From Candidatus Binatia bacterium (GTDB taxonomy: Bacteria; Desulfobacterota; Binatia; UBA9968; CAXXLF01): a stretch of DNA of 64,000 nt. Location of the stretch: contig CAXXLF010000002.1 in NCBI GenBank assembly GCA_963664015.2, positions 1,632,001-1,696,000 on the forward strand. Direction: 5' to 3'. The position numbers and the translations under genes were made by a program. The notes under the pieces are model-generated. The model was not told the origin of the DNA and searched no databases. It was given only the letters and a program-made list of their open reading frames with translations. Shown here in pieces: positions 1 to 9,932 of the stretch. Positions within the stretch are counted from its first letter, which is position 1; every line of letters starts with the position of its first letter.

Positions 1-1
1 G

Positions 2-739
2 ATTGGCCGTGCCATTGCTCTTGGATTCGCTCGTGAGGGAGCCAAAGTCAGCATCTGCGCGCGGGGCGAAGCGGCCCTGGAAGAAACCGCTGACGCAATC
101 CGCCGCGAAGGGAATGGCGAGGTACTGGCGTTGAGTGCCGACGTAAGCCGCTCAGAGGACATTCAGAAATTCGTGTCCCAAACGGCCAATCAATTTGGAC
201 GCATCGACATCGTCGTAACCAATGCGGGGGGCCCCCCACCCGGTGAGTTCATGAAATTTACGGATACCGACTGGGAAAACGCCTTTCAGCTAAGTTTTTT
301 AAGTGCCATGCGGCTCACGCGCGAATCCGTCCCACACCTGCGCAAGGCCGGTGGTGGAAGGGTCATCAATATCAGCTCCTTTGCGGTGAAAGAGCCCATT
401 CCTGGTCTTGTGCTCTCCAATGCGATACGAAATGCGGTCATCGGCATGGCCAAGACCCTGTCTAGTGAACTGGCTAAAGACAAGATCTTGATTAACAATG
501 TTTGTCCGGGGAGAGTTGACACCGAACGGCACCGCAAGCTAAACGAAGACCGAGCCAAGCGCTGGGACCGCCCGCTGGATGAAGTTAACAACCAGATGAA
601 GGCGGAGGTTCCCCTGGGTCGCTACGGTGATCCAGCCGAGGTTGGGGACCTGGTGGTCTTCCTTGCCTCGGAACGGGCCAGTTATGTCACCGGAACAACT
701 ATTCAAATCGACGGCGGCTTAGTCAAAACTACTTTTTAG
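2..739 (+). CDS. SDR family oxidoreductase (3-oxoacyl-ACP reductase-like), 5' end truncated by window edge
   Basis: Frame open from position 2 (IGRAIALGFAREGAKV...); NAGGP, NISS, NNVCPG and TGTTIQIDGG motifs typical of classical SDRs. Confidence 0.9.
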   Translation: MGRAIALGFAREGAKVSICARGEAALEETADAIRREGNGEVLALSADVSRSEDIQKFVSQTANQFGRIDIVVTNAGGPPPGEFMKFTDTDWENAFQLSFLSAMRLTRESVPHLRKAGGGRVINISSFAVKEPIPGLVLSNAIRNAVIGMAKTLSSELAKDKILINNVCPGRVDTERHRKLNEDRAKRWDRPLDEVNNQMKAEVPLGRYGDPAEVGDLVVFLASERASYVTGTTIQIDGGLVKTTF

Positions 740-750
740 AGGTCTGAACT

Positions 751-1083
751 ATGGTACTCTATTTCCTTCAGTGGGACCTTCCCAATCAGAAAGCCAATCT
801 CACGATTTACGCCAACAAGGCGAAAAACGACTGGCTGCCTATGACCCTGGGGCACCCGGGCGTTCAGGAGATACGCAATTTCCGCAATCCATTGGAAATA
901 ACACCCCAGGTGGCGATCAGCATCGAGTTCGAGTCGATGGCTGCTTGGCGGAGTTTTATCGATTCACCGGATTACACTCGCATCATGCGAGAGTTAAGGA
1001 TCTTGGGTTGCCACAACTTCACCGCCCATCTCTGGGCCCCCTCCAGGTACTTTCCCGATTCGATTCGCCCCGAGCAGAAGTGA
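751..1083 (+). CDS. Hypothetical protein, possible dimeric alpha-beta barrel (DUF1330/EthD-like)
   Basis: 110-aa ORF 11 nt after the SDR stop; IEFESMAAWRSFIDSPDY resembles the EFxSxxAxxxFxxSPxY pattern of DUF1330/EthD-like proteins. Confidence 0.6.
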   Translation: MVLYFLQWDLPNQKANLTIYANKAKNDWLPMTLGHPGVQEIRNFRNPLEITPQVAISIEFESMAAWRSFIDSPDYTRIMRELRILGCHNFTAHLWAPSRYFPDSIRPEQK

Positions 1084-1228
1084 AGCCTCCACAGGTCTAC
1101 ACCCGTGGCACCCCTCCTTATCTTTGCCGGCTTTCGCCGATGCGTGTTCCTTTGCTCTTCAAGCCTCGGACGGTCCGAGCGGGCCATGGCATACTCCGAA
1201 GGCGGATAACAAATGATCGTCGCTGGGT

Positions 1229-1885
1229 TTAGCGGTATGACTTGACCCCGATCCGATCGCAATAACTTGCGACCGGACACTGAGAACATACTGGCGAGAT
1301 GGGACGACAGAGGTGTTGCCCGAAGGTAACCAATAGGTCGTTGTATTCGATCCAATACTTTTTCGGCAGCTTTTCTCTCAAGGCGAATTCGGTCTTCTCT
1401 GGATTTTTCGTTATGACGTAGCCCCAGCGGTTGGATATTCGATGCACATGGGTGTCCACGCAGATACCGGGCTTGCCAAAACCAAGCGTAACGACCAGAT
1501 TGGCGGTCTTTCGCCCTACCCCTTTGAACTCTAGCAGCTGATCGATGTCGTTGGGCACCTGCCCCGAATGTTTTTCAACTATAGTCCGACAGATCTCACG
1601 GATGTTCAAAGCTTTGACCCGATAGAAGCCCACCGGAAATATCGCTTTTTCAATGGTCTTGGCAGAAAGGTGTTGCATCTTTTGCGCGGTGTCGGCCAAG
1701 GCAAACAGCCGACGGCAGGCCTGGGAGGTTGTGTTGTCTTGAGTCCTGAGGCTCAAGATACAAGAGATCAGGATGTGAAAGGCGCTATGCCTGGATTCGG
1801 CCATGAGGGTGACGATGGGGGTGTCCCACCGGGGGACTTCCCGTCTCAGGATACGGATCGCTTGGTGAATTTCCCGGGATTTCAC
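1229..1885 (-). CDS. nth: Endonuclease III (HhH-GPD DNA glycosylase)
   Basis: HhH motif FKGVGRKTAN, VDTHVHRISNR, C-terminal Fe-S motif CRPISPVCSQCPVASYC. Confidence 0.95.
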   Translation of the reverse strand: MKSREIHQAIRILRREVPRWDTPIVTLMAESRHSAFHILISCILSLRTQDNTTSQACRRLFALADTAQKMQHLSAKTIEKAIFPVGFYRVKALNIREICRTIVEKHSGQVPNDIDQLLEFKGVGRKTANLVVTLGFGKPGICVDTHVHRISNRWGYVITKNPEKTEFALREKLPKKYWIEYNDLLVTFGQHLCRPISPVCSQCPVASYCDRIGVKSYR

Positions 1886-1980
1886 TAGTGTAGATTTTAC
1901 GGTCGTGATTCGATAGATTGGATTAAGAAACTCTTAACTACCACAGATCGGGTCCAGGCGGAACATTTTTTGACAACTCC

Positions 1981-2544
1981 ATGAAGATCGAAAAAGTATT
2001 GACAGCTCTTCAGTCACGTGAGCCCAAATACCTGAGCGGCGACCACTTCAGACCAGCCGCCGTACTGGTTCCTATTCAGGAACGGGAAGACGGTGACCAC
2101 ATCGTACTGACCCGAAGGGCGGAAGGACTCAACTCCCACGGTGGGCAGGTGGCCTTTCCCGGCGGTCGACTGGATCCCACGGATGCGGGTCCTCTAGCAG
2201 CGGCGCTCCGCGAGAGCCAGGAAGAGGTGGGAATCGACCCCCGGCATGTCCGCGTCCTTGGACAGTTGGACCAGGTCACGGCCTCTTCCAGCTTCCTGGT
2301 CACACCTTTTGTCGGGCTAATTCCCTTTCCCTACGACTTCACGTTGAATCCTAGCGAGACTACGGAGGTCTTTTCCGTACCCGTTTCGGCTCTCCTGGAC
2401 GCCGACATCATGAGCGTAGACACGAAACGGTACGGCGCCGGGCGGCCCATTTACCACTTCCAGTATCAACACTGGGACATCTGGGGCGCCACGGCAAAAG
2501 TGATCAAGCAATTCTTGGAACTAGCCTATGACCACAAAGTCTAA
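1981..2544 (+). CDS. Nudix hydrolase, CoA pyrophosphatase family
   Basis: AAVLVP, HGGQVAFPGG, Nudix box ALRESQEEVG, IWGATA. Confidence 0.9.
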   Translation: MKIEKVLTALQSREPKYLSGDHFRPAAVLVPIQEREDGDHIVLTRRAEGLNSHGGQVAFPGGRLDPTDAGPLAAALRESQEEVGIDPRHVRVLGQLDQVTASSSFLVTPFVGLIPFPYDFTLNPSETTEVFSVPVSALLDADIMSVDTKRYGAGRPIYHFQYQHWDIWGATAKVIKQFLELAYDHKV

Positions 2545-2549
2545 AACGA

Positions 2550-2770
2550 AGCCGCATAGCGCAGAGAGCAAAGCGTTAAAAATACTAACCGCAGATTTTC
2601 GCCGATTAACACGGATCTTTTCTGGCCGGTCCGGCCAGATCGAAACCCCTCTTATCTGCGAGTATCTGCGTAAAGCTGCGGTTGAAGAATCCGGATTCGA
2701 ATACTGTAAACTGGAGACTGAAAACTAAATACTTAACACTTCTTAGCTGAAGGCTGACAGCTGATGGCTA
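2550..2770. repeat. Composite intergenic repeat, locus A
   Basis: 10-mer-period arm TAACCGCAGATTTTCGCCGATTAACACGGAT (2586-2616), hairpin TCTGGCCGG-T-CCGGCCAGA (2621-2639), inverse arm ATCTGCGAGTATCTGCGTAAAGCTGCGGTT (2654-2683), palindrome GAATCCGGATTC, then heptamer runs; inverted copy at 7911-8088. Confidence 0.9.
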
Positions 2771-2854
2771 TTAGTCAGACATTAAGTGATTGACGGTGCG
2801 CCTTTCGCGGCGTGCCCTACATAACACATGCCCATGTTCGGGGTCAGAATAAAT

Positions 2855-3514
2855 TCACCCGCAAGTTGTTTCACAGCATGACCCAATAGGGATAACGTCG
2901 AGCCACACCTTGGGTTTCAACAGTGTACCCCCCTGCTTCAGCGCAGCCTCCAGTTCGCCCGGCCGGACGAACTTATTCCACCTCAGAGTGCCCTGGGGAA
3001 TCTTTCTCAGGATATTCTGAAACCCGATGCTAACGATAAACAAGGTCATCAGGGTTCGATTGATACCGCTAAATAGAAATATGCCGTTCGGCTTAAGCAT
3101 TCGGGCGATATTACGTGCGGCCACATGCAGTTCGGAGACGTGCTCCAATACGAACGAGGCAACCACCACATCAAAGGATTCATCGGGGAACCCAAGATTT
3201 TCCAGGGAGCCAACTTGGCAATCGATATTAATCCCAACTCGAGTAGCGTGTTACCTGGCGGTTTCAATGGCACCGGGTCGGACATCGATGCCCGTGACCA
3301 GCGCCCCTGCTCTCGAAAAGGTTTCCGAGAGAAGCCCACCACCGCAGCCGGCGTCAAGCAGTCGAGTCCCCTGAACTTTGTCTCCCACAGCGCGCATGAA
3401 AAGTCCGAGGGTTACAGGATGCATGGCGTGAAGGGAGATCAACGCCACCTTTTTGTCCCGCCAGGTTTCTTCTAGACGCCCATAGAGGTCGACGTTGCTG
3501 GCTTTTTCACTCAC
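2855..3514 (-). pseudogene. UbiG-like SAM-dependent O-methyltransferase with in-frame TAA
   Basis: GTG start after AAGGAG; motif I LLDAGCGGGLLSE; TAA at 3251-3253 then same frame continues HATRVG...FDVVVASFVLEHV...LKPNG...INRT...KFVRPGEL. Confidence 0.8.
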
Positions 3515-3857
3515 GGCGGTCTCCTTCCGAAAATGAACTTCCTTCGGCGGGCGGGTCAATAATACACTCGATCTTAAACTGGCTTGTCAAAGGCGCTTGG
3601 GGACCTATTTCCCAGCAGGTACGGTTATAATGGTGAATTACCAGCCACCGTTCCTCTAGGGCATGCATCAATATGCATGACTGTTCAGCGGGTGTCAAAT
3701 TTGCCTTGCCTGCTGAGGCGCGACACCTGCTGGGATTCCATCGGACGGGAGTGAAGACCGGCTGAGGGTCTAGACGGGAACACCGGGTTTCTATTATTTC
3801 ATTGGAGGTTTTATGATAATAATAACGAGGTAAATCCTTACCTGGGACAAAACTAAA

Positions 3858-5408
3858 TTGAGGAGTCATCCCATTACTTTCCTGCTTTCCCTGGCATGCG
3901 CGCTCCTCCTCGCTGTTCCATTCCTTTTTCCGATTCTATTCCCGTTGTCCTGGATTGCCTTGGTTCCCTTGTTCGTGTTGATTCAACCGGTGAATCTCCG
4001 TCAGGCGTTTCTCTTGGCCTGGTTGACTGGCGGGATAACGAACATCCTTGGTTTTTACTGGCTCAATCACACCATCGGGGTGTTCGGCGGATTTCCCCAC
4101 GGACTGAGTGAACTAATTTTTTTGGGGTTTGCCGCCTACGCAGGTCTTCCCATAGCCCTATTTGCGCTGCTCGTTCGGTTTTATGGTCTGGGAGTGTTCG
4201 GTCTGTTTCCTGCTCTGGCCTGGGTTACCATTGAGTTCTGGTTTCCCCAGCTGTTTCCCTGGCACATGGCCAATAGTCAGTCCGCCTTTCTTCCATTGAT
4301 TCAGTGGGCGGATATCGTTGGACCCTACGGAACAAGCTTCCTGCTCGTTTGGGTTAATACGCTTGTATTTAAAGTTGTTCACGCCAAACTTTCGCCTCAG
4401 TCCTCGCTATCCAAATCTTCCCAACGTGATTTAAAGGTGAGCGTACCGGAATGGGTTACCGTCGGAGTCTTGCTCGCGGCCGTTCTGGTCTATGGGTTCG
4501 TCAAGCTGGGAATTGTCGGTCGGCAAATGGCGACCGCCCCTTCGTTGGCGATTGCAACAGTACAGGGAGACATCGACATCCGTGTCAAAGGAAAGATCAC
4601 CTATCTGGAGAGCAATTTAAAAATATATAAGGAACTAACCGAAGAAATCAAAGCAGCGGATCTGATCATCTGGCCCGAATCTGCAGTGGAAGCTTGGCTC
4701 CCGGAAAATCTGAGACGGCTCCCGGAAAATATCCTGCCATCGCTACCCCCCGGTAACCCTTTCTTCCTTTTTGGTGCACGCAGCACGCGTGAAAACCCGG
4801 CCTCCCCAATTCCTACCTTCTTCAACAGCGCCTTTCTAGTAGACAAGGAGGGCAATGTGATCAACCACTACCACAAACAGGTATTGCTCGCTTTCGGCGA
4901 ATACATCCCGCTTCGTGCGGTCCTTTCCAAACTGCCAGGCATGCCTCCCATCGGCAAAGGGTTCACTCCCGGCAAGGGCCCCCGTGTACTTGATCTGTCC
5001 CCGACCATCAAGCTGGCTTCCCTCATCTGCTACGAGGACCTGATGCCCGGGCTGGCGCGCCGGTTTGTGGCCGGCAACCAGGCTAATCTGCTGATCAACC
5101 TCACCAACGATGGGTGGTTCGGCGACAGCGTTGCTCCCTGGCAGCATGCCAACCTGGCCAAGTGGCGGGCCATTGAAACAAGACGCACCCTGGTTCGCGC
5201 AACTAACGCAGGTCTCACTTCTATCATCAGCCCCAAGGGGGAAATCCTGAACACCCTTCCCCCCTTCTCCTCAGGGGTACTCACCGCTACCGTCCCACTC
5301 CTGCAAGGTGAAACGTTCTACGTTCGCTTTGGAGACTGGTTTATCTGGCTCGCAGCAGCAGCTCTCATCTGTTTTTTAATTGTTCGTCCGTGTGCCGCTC
5401 TTTTTTAG
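3858..5408 (+). CDS. lnt: Apolipoprotein N-acyltransferase
   Basis: N-terminal TM helices, WPESA, YHKQVLLAFGEYIP, ICYED, NLTNDGWFG, RAIET...RATNAG. Confidence 0.95.
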   Translation: MRSHPITFLLSLACALLLAVPFLFPILFPLSWIALVPLFVLIQPVNLRQAFLLAWLTGGITNILGFYWLNHTIGVFGGFPHGLSELIFLGFAAYAGLPIALFALLVRFYGLGVFGLFPALAWVTIEFWFPQLFPWHMANSQSAFLPLIQWADIVGPYGTSFLLVWVNTLVFKVVHAKLSPQSSLSKSSQRDLKVSVPEWVTVGVLLAAVLVYGFVKLGIVGRQMATAPSLAIATVQGDIDIRVKGKITYLESNLKIYKELTEEIKAADLIIWPESAVEAWLPENLRRLPENILPSLPPGNPFFLFGARSTRENPASPIPTFFNSAFLVDKEGNVINHYHKQVLLAFGEYIPLRAVLSKLPGMPPIGKGFTPGKGPRVLDLSPTIKLASLICYEDLMPGLARRFVAGNQANLLINLTNDGWFGDSVAPWQHANLAKWRAIETRRTLVRATNAGLTSIISPKGEILNTLPPFSSGVLTATVPLLQGETFYVRFGDWFIWLAAAALICFLIVRPCAALF

Positions 5409-6031
5409 GCGCCCTTGGCAGATATCGCCTTCTTGCTCGACAACAGACGGGAGCGTAGCCGACCCGCTGCCACAGCGATTCGATAACCCAACAGCAAGGC
5501 CAAGACCGCCGTGTATATCAAGGGCTCTTGAAGATCGGCCTTGACCAACCACAGATAATGGACCACCCCACCCAGGGCGGCCACGTAAATCAAGCGATGC
5601 AGCCACTGCCAGCAACGGCCACCAAGTCTTCTGATCATGCCGCTAGTAGAGGTCAGGGCCAGCGGAACAAGCAAGACAAAGCTTAAAAACCCCACCGTAA
5701 TGAAAGGGCGTTTCACTATATCCTTGAGGATCGCTATGATATCAAAGAACTGATCGAGCCAGATATAGGTGACAAAATGCAGGGAGACATAGAAAAAGGC
5801 GAACAGCCCCAGCATACGCCTGAACTTCATCAAATTCGGATAACTAAAAATACGACGCAGCGGCGTTATCCCCAGCGTCAGCGTAAGAAAAATTAGAGTC
5901 CACGTCCCGGTGGAGCGGGTGATGAATTCAATGGGGTTAGCACCCAGGCCATCGGTTGTTGCGAGCCAGCCCAGCCGAATCAGCGGGTAAAGACTGACGA
6001 GGAAAACAGCAACTTTGACGGTAGTGAGCAA
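5405..6031 (-). CDS. msrQ: Methionine sulfoxide reductase heme-binding membrane subunit
   Basis: GANPIEFITRSTG, RRMLGLFAFFY..LH, LALTS, WQWLHRLIY; downstream of msrP. Confidence 0.93.
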   Translation of the reverse strand: MLTTVKVAVFLVSLYPLIRLGWLATTDGLGANPIEFITRSTGTWTLIFLTLTLGITPLRRIFSYPNLMKFRRMLGLFAFFYVSLHFVTYIWLDQFFDIIAILKDIVKRPFITVGFLSFVLLVPLALTSTSGMIRRLGGRCWQWLHRLIYVAALGGVVHYLWLVKADLQEPLIYTAVLALLLGYRIAVAAGRLRSRLLSSKKAISAKGA

Positions 6032-6056
6032 ATACGCGGGCTCCCCTGGAATCTTC

Positions 6057-7019
6057 TTAATAGTAGGCTGCCAGGTTCATGCCCTTATAGAGACCGGCTA
6101 CTTGGTCGGCGTAACCGTTGAAGAGTAGCGTCTTGCGTTTGCGGAATTCTCCGATGCGACGTTCACGGACCTGGCTCCAGCGTGGATGGCTGACTTCCGG
6201 ATTTACATTGGAATAGAAACCATACTCCCGAGGGTTGGCCTTCATCCAAGCCGACTTGGGCTGCTTTTCCACGAAGCGGATGCTCACAATGGACTTGACG
6301 CTTTTGAAGCCGTATTTCCATGGGACCACCAACCGGATGGGGGCCCCGTTTTGGTTGGGCATGCTTTCCCCGTAGAGTCCCACCGCAAGGATGGCCAGAG
6401 GGTGGACCGCTTCATCCATTCGCAGACCCTCCACGTAGGGCCAATCCAGAACCCCGCGGTTCTGCCCGGGCATTTGATCGGGCTCGTGAAGGGTAGTCAA
6501 CTCGACAAATTTGGCCTTGGAGGTAGGCTCCACCTGCCGGATCAGGGCATTGAGTGGGAACCCCACCCAGGGGATCACCATGGACCAGGCCTCGACACAG
6601 CGCAAACGGTAGATGCGCTCCTCCAGAGGGGCTAATTTCATTAAATCATCAATGTCATAAACCTTTTCTCCCTTGACCTCACCGTCTACAACCACGGTCC
6701 AGGGTCGAGTGACCAGACTCTTTGCCATTTTTGCTGGTGAATACTTGTCCGTACCGAATTCATAGAAATTGTTGTACGTCGTAATATCCTTTACGGGGGT
6801 CCGTTTTTCATCCGTACTGAGGGGACTCTTGCTAATGCCTTCCAACTTGGTCCCAGCATGCGCCACCCCTGACTGGATCCCTATTTCGGGCACAACGAGC
6901 CCCGTGGCTACCGCGCCAGCCGTCAAGGAGGCATTGAGCATAAACTGCCGCCGGTTCAGATAAAGGCTCTTGTCGGTGATTTCACTACTCTTTATGTCAG
7001 CAGGACTCTTGATCAGCAT
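6057..7019 (-). CDS. msrP: Methionine sulfoxide reductase molybdopterin catalytic subunit
   Basis: Tat signal [48 protein letters not shown]. Confidence 0.96.
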   Translation of the reverse strand: MLIKSPADIKSSEITDKSLYLNRRQFMLNASLTAGAVATGLVVPEIGIQSGVAHAGTKLEGISKSPLSTDEKRTPVKDITTYNNFYEFGTDKYSPAKMAKSLVTRPWTVVVDGEVKGEKVYDIDDLMKLAPLEERIYRLRCVEAWSMVIPWVGFPLNALIRQVEPTSKAKFVELTTLHEPDQMPGQNRGVLDWPYVEGLRMDEAVHPLAILAVGLYGESMPNQNGAPIRLVVPWKYGFKSVKSIVSIRFVEKQPKSAWMKANPREYGFYSNVNPEVSHPRWSQVRERRIGEFRKRKTLLFNGYADQVAGLYKGMNLAAYY

Positions 7020-7270
7020 AGATTCTCCCCCTATAGAATGGATCCGTGCACGGTTACCGATACACCCATCATGCCCTGAATCAAACCGTTTTTCAAACTC
7101 AAGGCAGGGCCCCGGCCCAGCATCCGCGGGTCCACGGGAATCCTTGCCCCCTGGAAATCATCATAGAGTAACTATAAATGTGATAAGTCTCCAAATAGTT
7201 CCCCATTGCCATCGGACAGCGGATAAATTCAGGCCATAGAAAGCAAAAAGAGACAGGGGCCACTCAATCC

Positions 7271-7858
7271 ATGTCGATTCATTCCGAAAGGTGTCAGGAA
7301 TGTAAGGCTCGGGTATACGAGCTGCTTACGGAGCTCTACGGCGCCTGTGAGGTAGGCCTCGCCTTCCCGTGGCCCTCGAGCCCTGAAGCCTATGGAGGAA
7401 ATGCAGCCGGAGATATCCTCCAGGTCGTCTTCAAGGGCCTTGGAAGACTGAGGGGTTATCACGACTTTATCAAGGCGCCCCAGATGCCGCCCTGCGATTT
7501 TTATTGTCCCCGGAGGAGCTTCATTGTGGAGTTCGACGAGAGTCAGCATTTTACCCGAGCCCGTCGAGTCACGCTGGAGTACTACCGCCCAGAAGTACCT
7601 GTGGGCTTCCCGGTGCCCCAATGGATCGCCCTCTGCGAGAGTATTGCAGCAGTCGATGACGATCCACCGGACCGGGACGAAAGGCGCGCTTGGTATGATA
7701 CGTTGAGAGATCTTTTACCCTGCATCCACGGCTTTAAGCCAACCGTACGTGTTTACTCGGAGGCCTTCCGCTGGTGCACGCTGCAAGCGAATTCCAAAAA
7801 CGACCTGGCAACGTTCCGATCTTTACTCACGGGCTTACCCGAACCAGCGGCGCCGTAG
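7271..7858 (+). CDS. Hypothetical protein with PD-(D/E)XK/Vsr-like nuclease signature
   Basis: PCDFY...FIVEFDESQHF resembles the D...E.D...H core of Vsr/DUF559-like endonucleases; RAWYDTLRD downstream. Confidence 0.55.
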   Translation: MSIHSERCQECKARVYELLTELYGACEVGLAFPWPSSPEAYGGNAAGDILQVVFKGLGRLRGYHDFIKAPQMPPCDFYCPRRSFIVEFDESQHFTRARRVTLEYYRPEVPVGFPVPQWIALCESIAAVDDDPPDRDERRAWYDTLRDLLPCIHGFKPTVRVYSEAFRWCTLQANSKNDLATFRSLLTGLPEPAAP

Positions 7859-7886
7859 CGTCGACTCCTGAGCTGGCGCTACGGCG
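7851..7886. terminator. GC-rich hairpin at the end of the nuclease-like gene (terminator or GTAG-type REP-like element)
   Basis: CGCCGTAGCG ... CGCTACGGCG perfect 10-bp inverted repeat; no clear U-tract. Confidence 0.4.
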
Positions 7887-7887
7887 G

Positions 7888-8215
7888 CAAAGCGCATGGC
7901 GTTCGGATTTTAGCTTTCAGCTGTCAGCGTTCAGCTAAGAAGTGTTGAGCGTTAAGTAATCAGTTCTCAGCATTCGGATCCGGATTCTTTCACCGCAAAT
8001 TTACGCAGATATTAGCAGATAAGAGAGGCTGCTATCTGACCGGACCGGTCAGAAAACATCCGCGTTAATCGGCGAAAATCTGCGGTTAATTGCTCTAAGG
8101 GTTTTCCTCTTAGCGCTTAGCTTTCTTACCGCCTACTGCTTGCTGCCGACTGTCTTACTGATTTGCGCTTTGCCGCTTCGTTCCCCCCTGTCTTTCTGAA
8201 CTCTGATCTCTGCCG
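7888..8215. repeat. Composite intergenic repeat, locus B
   Basis: 7911-8088 is the reverse complement of 2586-2770; about 8066-8159 is the reverse complement of 45760-45852; heptamer CTACTGC/CTGTCTT runs. Confidence 0.9.
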
Positions 8216-8230
8216 GTCCGCGCTTTGCAT

Positions 8231-9226
8231 TTACCGTGTCGAAATGACATCCGGGTTAAGCAGGTTGATGGGTTGTCCATCGAGGTAGGCCAGGATATTG
8301 GCGTAAGCGGCTTCGTAGCGTTCGCATAGGGTTTCAAAGGCCGCATACCCCCTATGGGAGCAAAGCACCACGTTGTCAAAACGACGCAGGGGATGATCGG
8401 CCGGCAATGGCTCTTCATCGTACACGTCGAGACCAGCGCCTGCGAGGCGACCAGTCTCGAGCGCGAGCATGAGCGCTGACTGAGACACGATGGGACCTCG
8501 GGAGGTGTTTATCAAAACTGCGCCTGGATTGACCAGCGAGATCTCCCGTTCACCAATCAAACCGCGAGTCTCGGGGCTAAGGCTCACGTGTACAGTCACG
8601 ACATCGGATTCTTGCAAGAGCTGGTCAAGGGAAACCCGCATCGCCCCGGCTTCGCGGGCCCTTTGATCGGTCAGAGTCTTGCCGGTAGCAACAATCCGGG
8701 TGCCAAAGGCTGCTACAAGCCGCGCGACCTCCCTGCCAATCCTACCTAAACCTATAACTCCCACGGTTTTCCCCTCCAGGACTCTGCCGGCAATGGCCGG
8801 CCAGCCACCCTGATGCATTCCCCGGTCGACCTCTGAGATCTTCCGATTGACACTCAAGATCAACCCCAATGTCAATTCAACCGTGGAAGTCGAGGCGCTC
8901 CCCCGGGTCACGGAAACCGCTATATTATGACGTGTGGCGGAGGGAAGATCGATATGCGCAATACCCCCACCGGTTTGTGAAATGAACTTGAGTGAAGGAA
9001 GCAGAGAGAACTCCCTTTCGCCGAACCGAGTTCGCTCACGGACAAGAACAACAGCATGAGCGTCCTTTAGTTGTTGGACCCGTTCCTCTTCCGTCGCCAG
9101 TCGTCCCTTCAATACCATAACATCGGCGCGCGCCTTCAGTTTTTCCAGAGAAGGGGCCTGCGAGGCCAGCTCTTCGTAGTCATCCATCACGACCACACGG
9201 AATCTTGAGCTTTGACTCTGTGCCAT
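8231..9226 (-). CDS. D-2-hydroxyacid dehydrogenase family protein
   Basis: ATG after AGGAGG; GVIGLGRIG, INTSRGPIV, GAGLDVYDEEP, SHRGY. Confidence 0.9.
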   Translation of the reverse strand: MAQSQSSRFRVVVMDDYEELASQAPSLEKLKARADVMVLKGRLATEEERVQQLKDAHAVVLVRERTRFGEREFSLLPSLKFISQTGGGIAHIDLPSATRHNIAVSVTRGSASTSTVELTLGLILSVNRKISEVDRGMHQGGWPAIAGRVLEGKTVGVIGLGRIGREVARLVAAFGTRIVATGKTLTDQRAREAGAMRVSLDQLLQESDVVTVHVSLSPETRGLIGEREISLVNPGAVLINTSRGPIVSQSALMLALETGRLAGAGLDVYDEEPLPADHPLRRFDNVVLCSHRGYAAFETLCERYEAAYANILAYLDGQPINLLNPDVISTR

Positions 9227-9386
9227 GGAACCTCCTGACAAAAGCATGCCCTGTGATTGCAAAGCGATCTGAACCCTTTAGCAGATCCGGGCTTGCGGAG
9301 ACAATCCTCAAACGGTGCCAACTCTTTCCCGAGACTACGGTTTAGGCTATCCTGACAATGCCCCACGCACTGTTTGGAGGATACCA

Positions 9387-9746
9387 ATGGCCGAGCTGAC
9401 GAATGAAACATGTGTTGCTTGCCGCGCCGATGCCCCTCGCGTAACCGAGAAAGAGGAAAAGCGGCTCAAACCCCAGGTACCAGAGTGGAAGCTCATTGGC
9501 GAGAATGGAATCCGCAAGTTAGATCGGACCTTTTCTTTCTCCAATTTCCTCAAGGCCCTGGCCTTTACGAATAAGATTGGTGAGCTGGCCGAATCCGAAG
9601 GCCACCATCCCCGAATCGTGACCGAGTGGGGCAAGGTAACCGTCACCTGGTGGACCCATAAAATCCGCGACCTGCACCATAACGATTTCATCATGGCGGC
9701 AAAAACCGATCACCTATACCAAAGGGAAACGGCAGATCGGGCCTAA
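9387..9746 (+). CDS. phhB: Pterin-4-alpha-carbinolamine dehydratase
   Basis: GGAGG RBS; [33 protein letters not shown]. Confidence 0.9.
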   Translation: MAELTNETCVACRADAPRVTEKEEKRLKPQVPEWKLIGENGIRKLDRTFSFSNFLKALAFTNKIGELAESEGHHPRIVTEWGKVTVTWWTHKIRDLHHNDFIMAAKTDHLYQRETADRA

Positions 9747-9932
9747 ACTTTCCATGCTCCCCGAATTCCGGCAAGATAATAGGAAGTTACCGGATGGGTT
9801 TGAGACGACCCTGTGGCCATCTAGCAATCCCTCTCAAGGAGAGACCCCATTCAGCTGAATTTACCCCTAACTCAAAACCCCAGCGGCAATAAGCCCACCA
9901 TTCAGGAGCTACTCCAGCGAGCCACCGGAGGC

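Noticed and set aside
3251-3253. Stop-codon recoding in the UbiG-like gene
   Set aside because: Codon is TAA, used as a normal stop throughout the window
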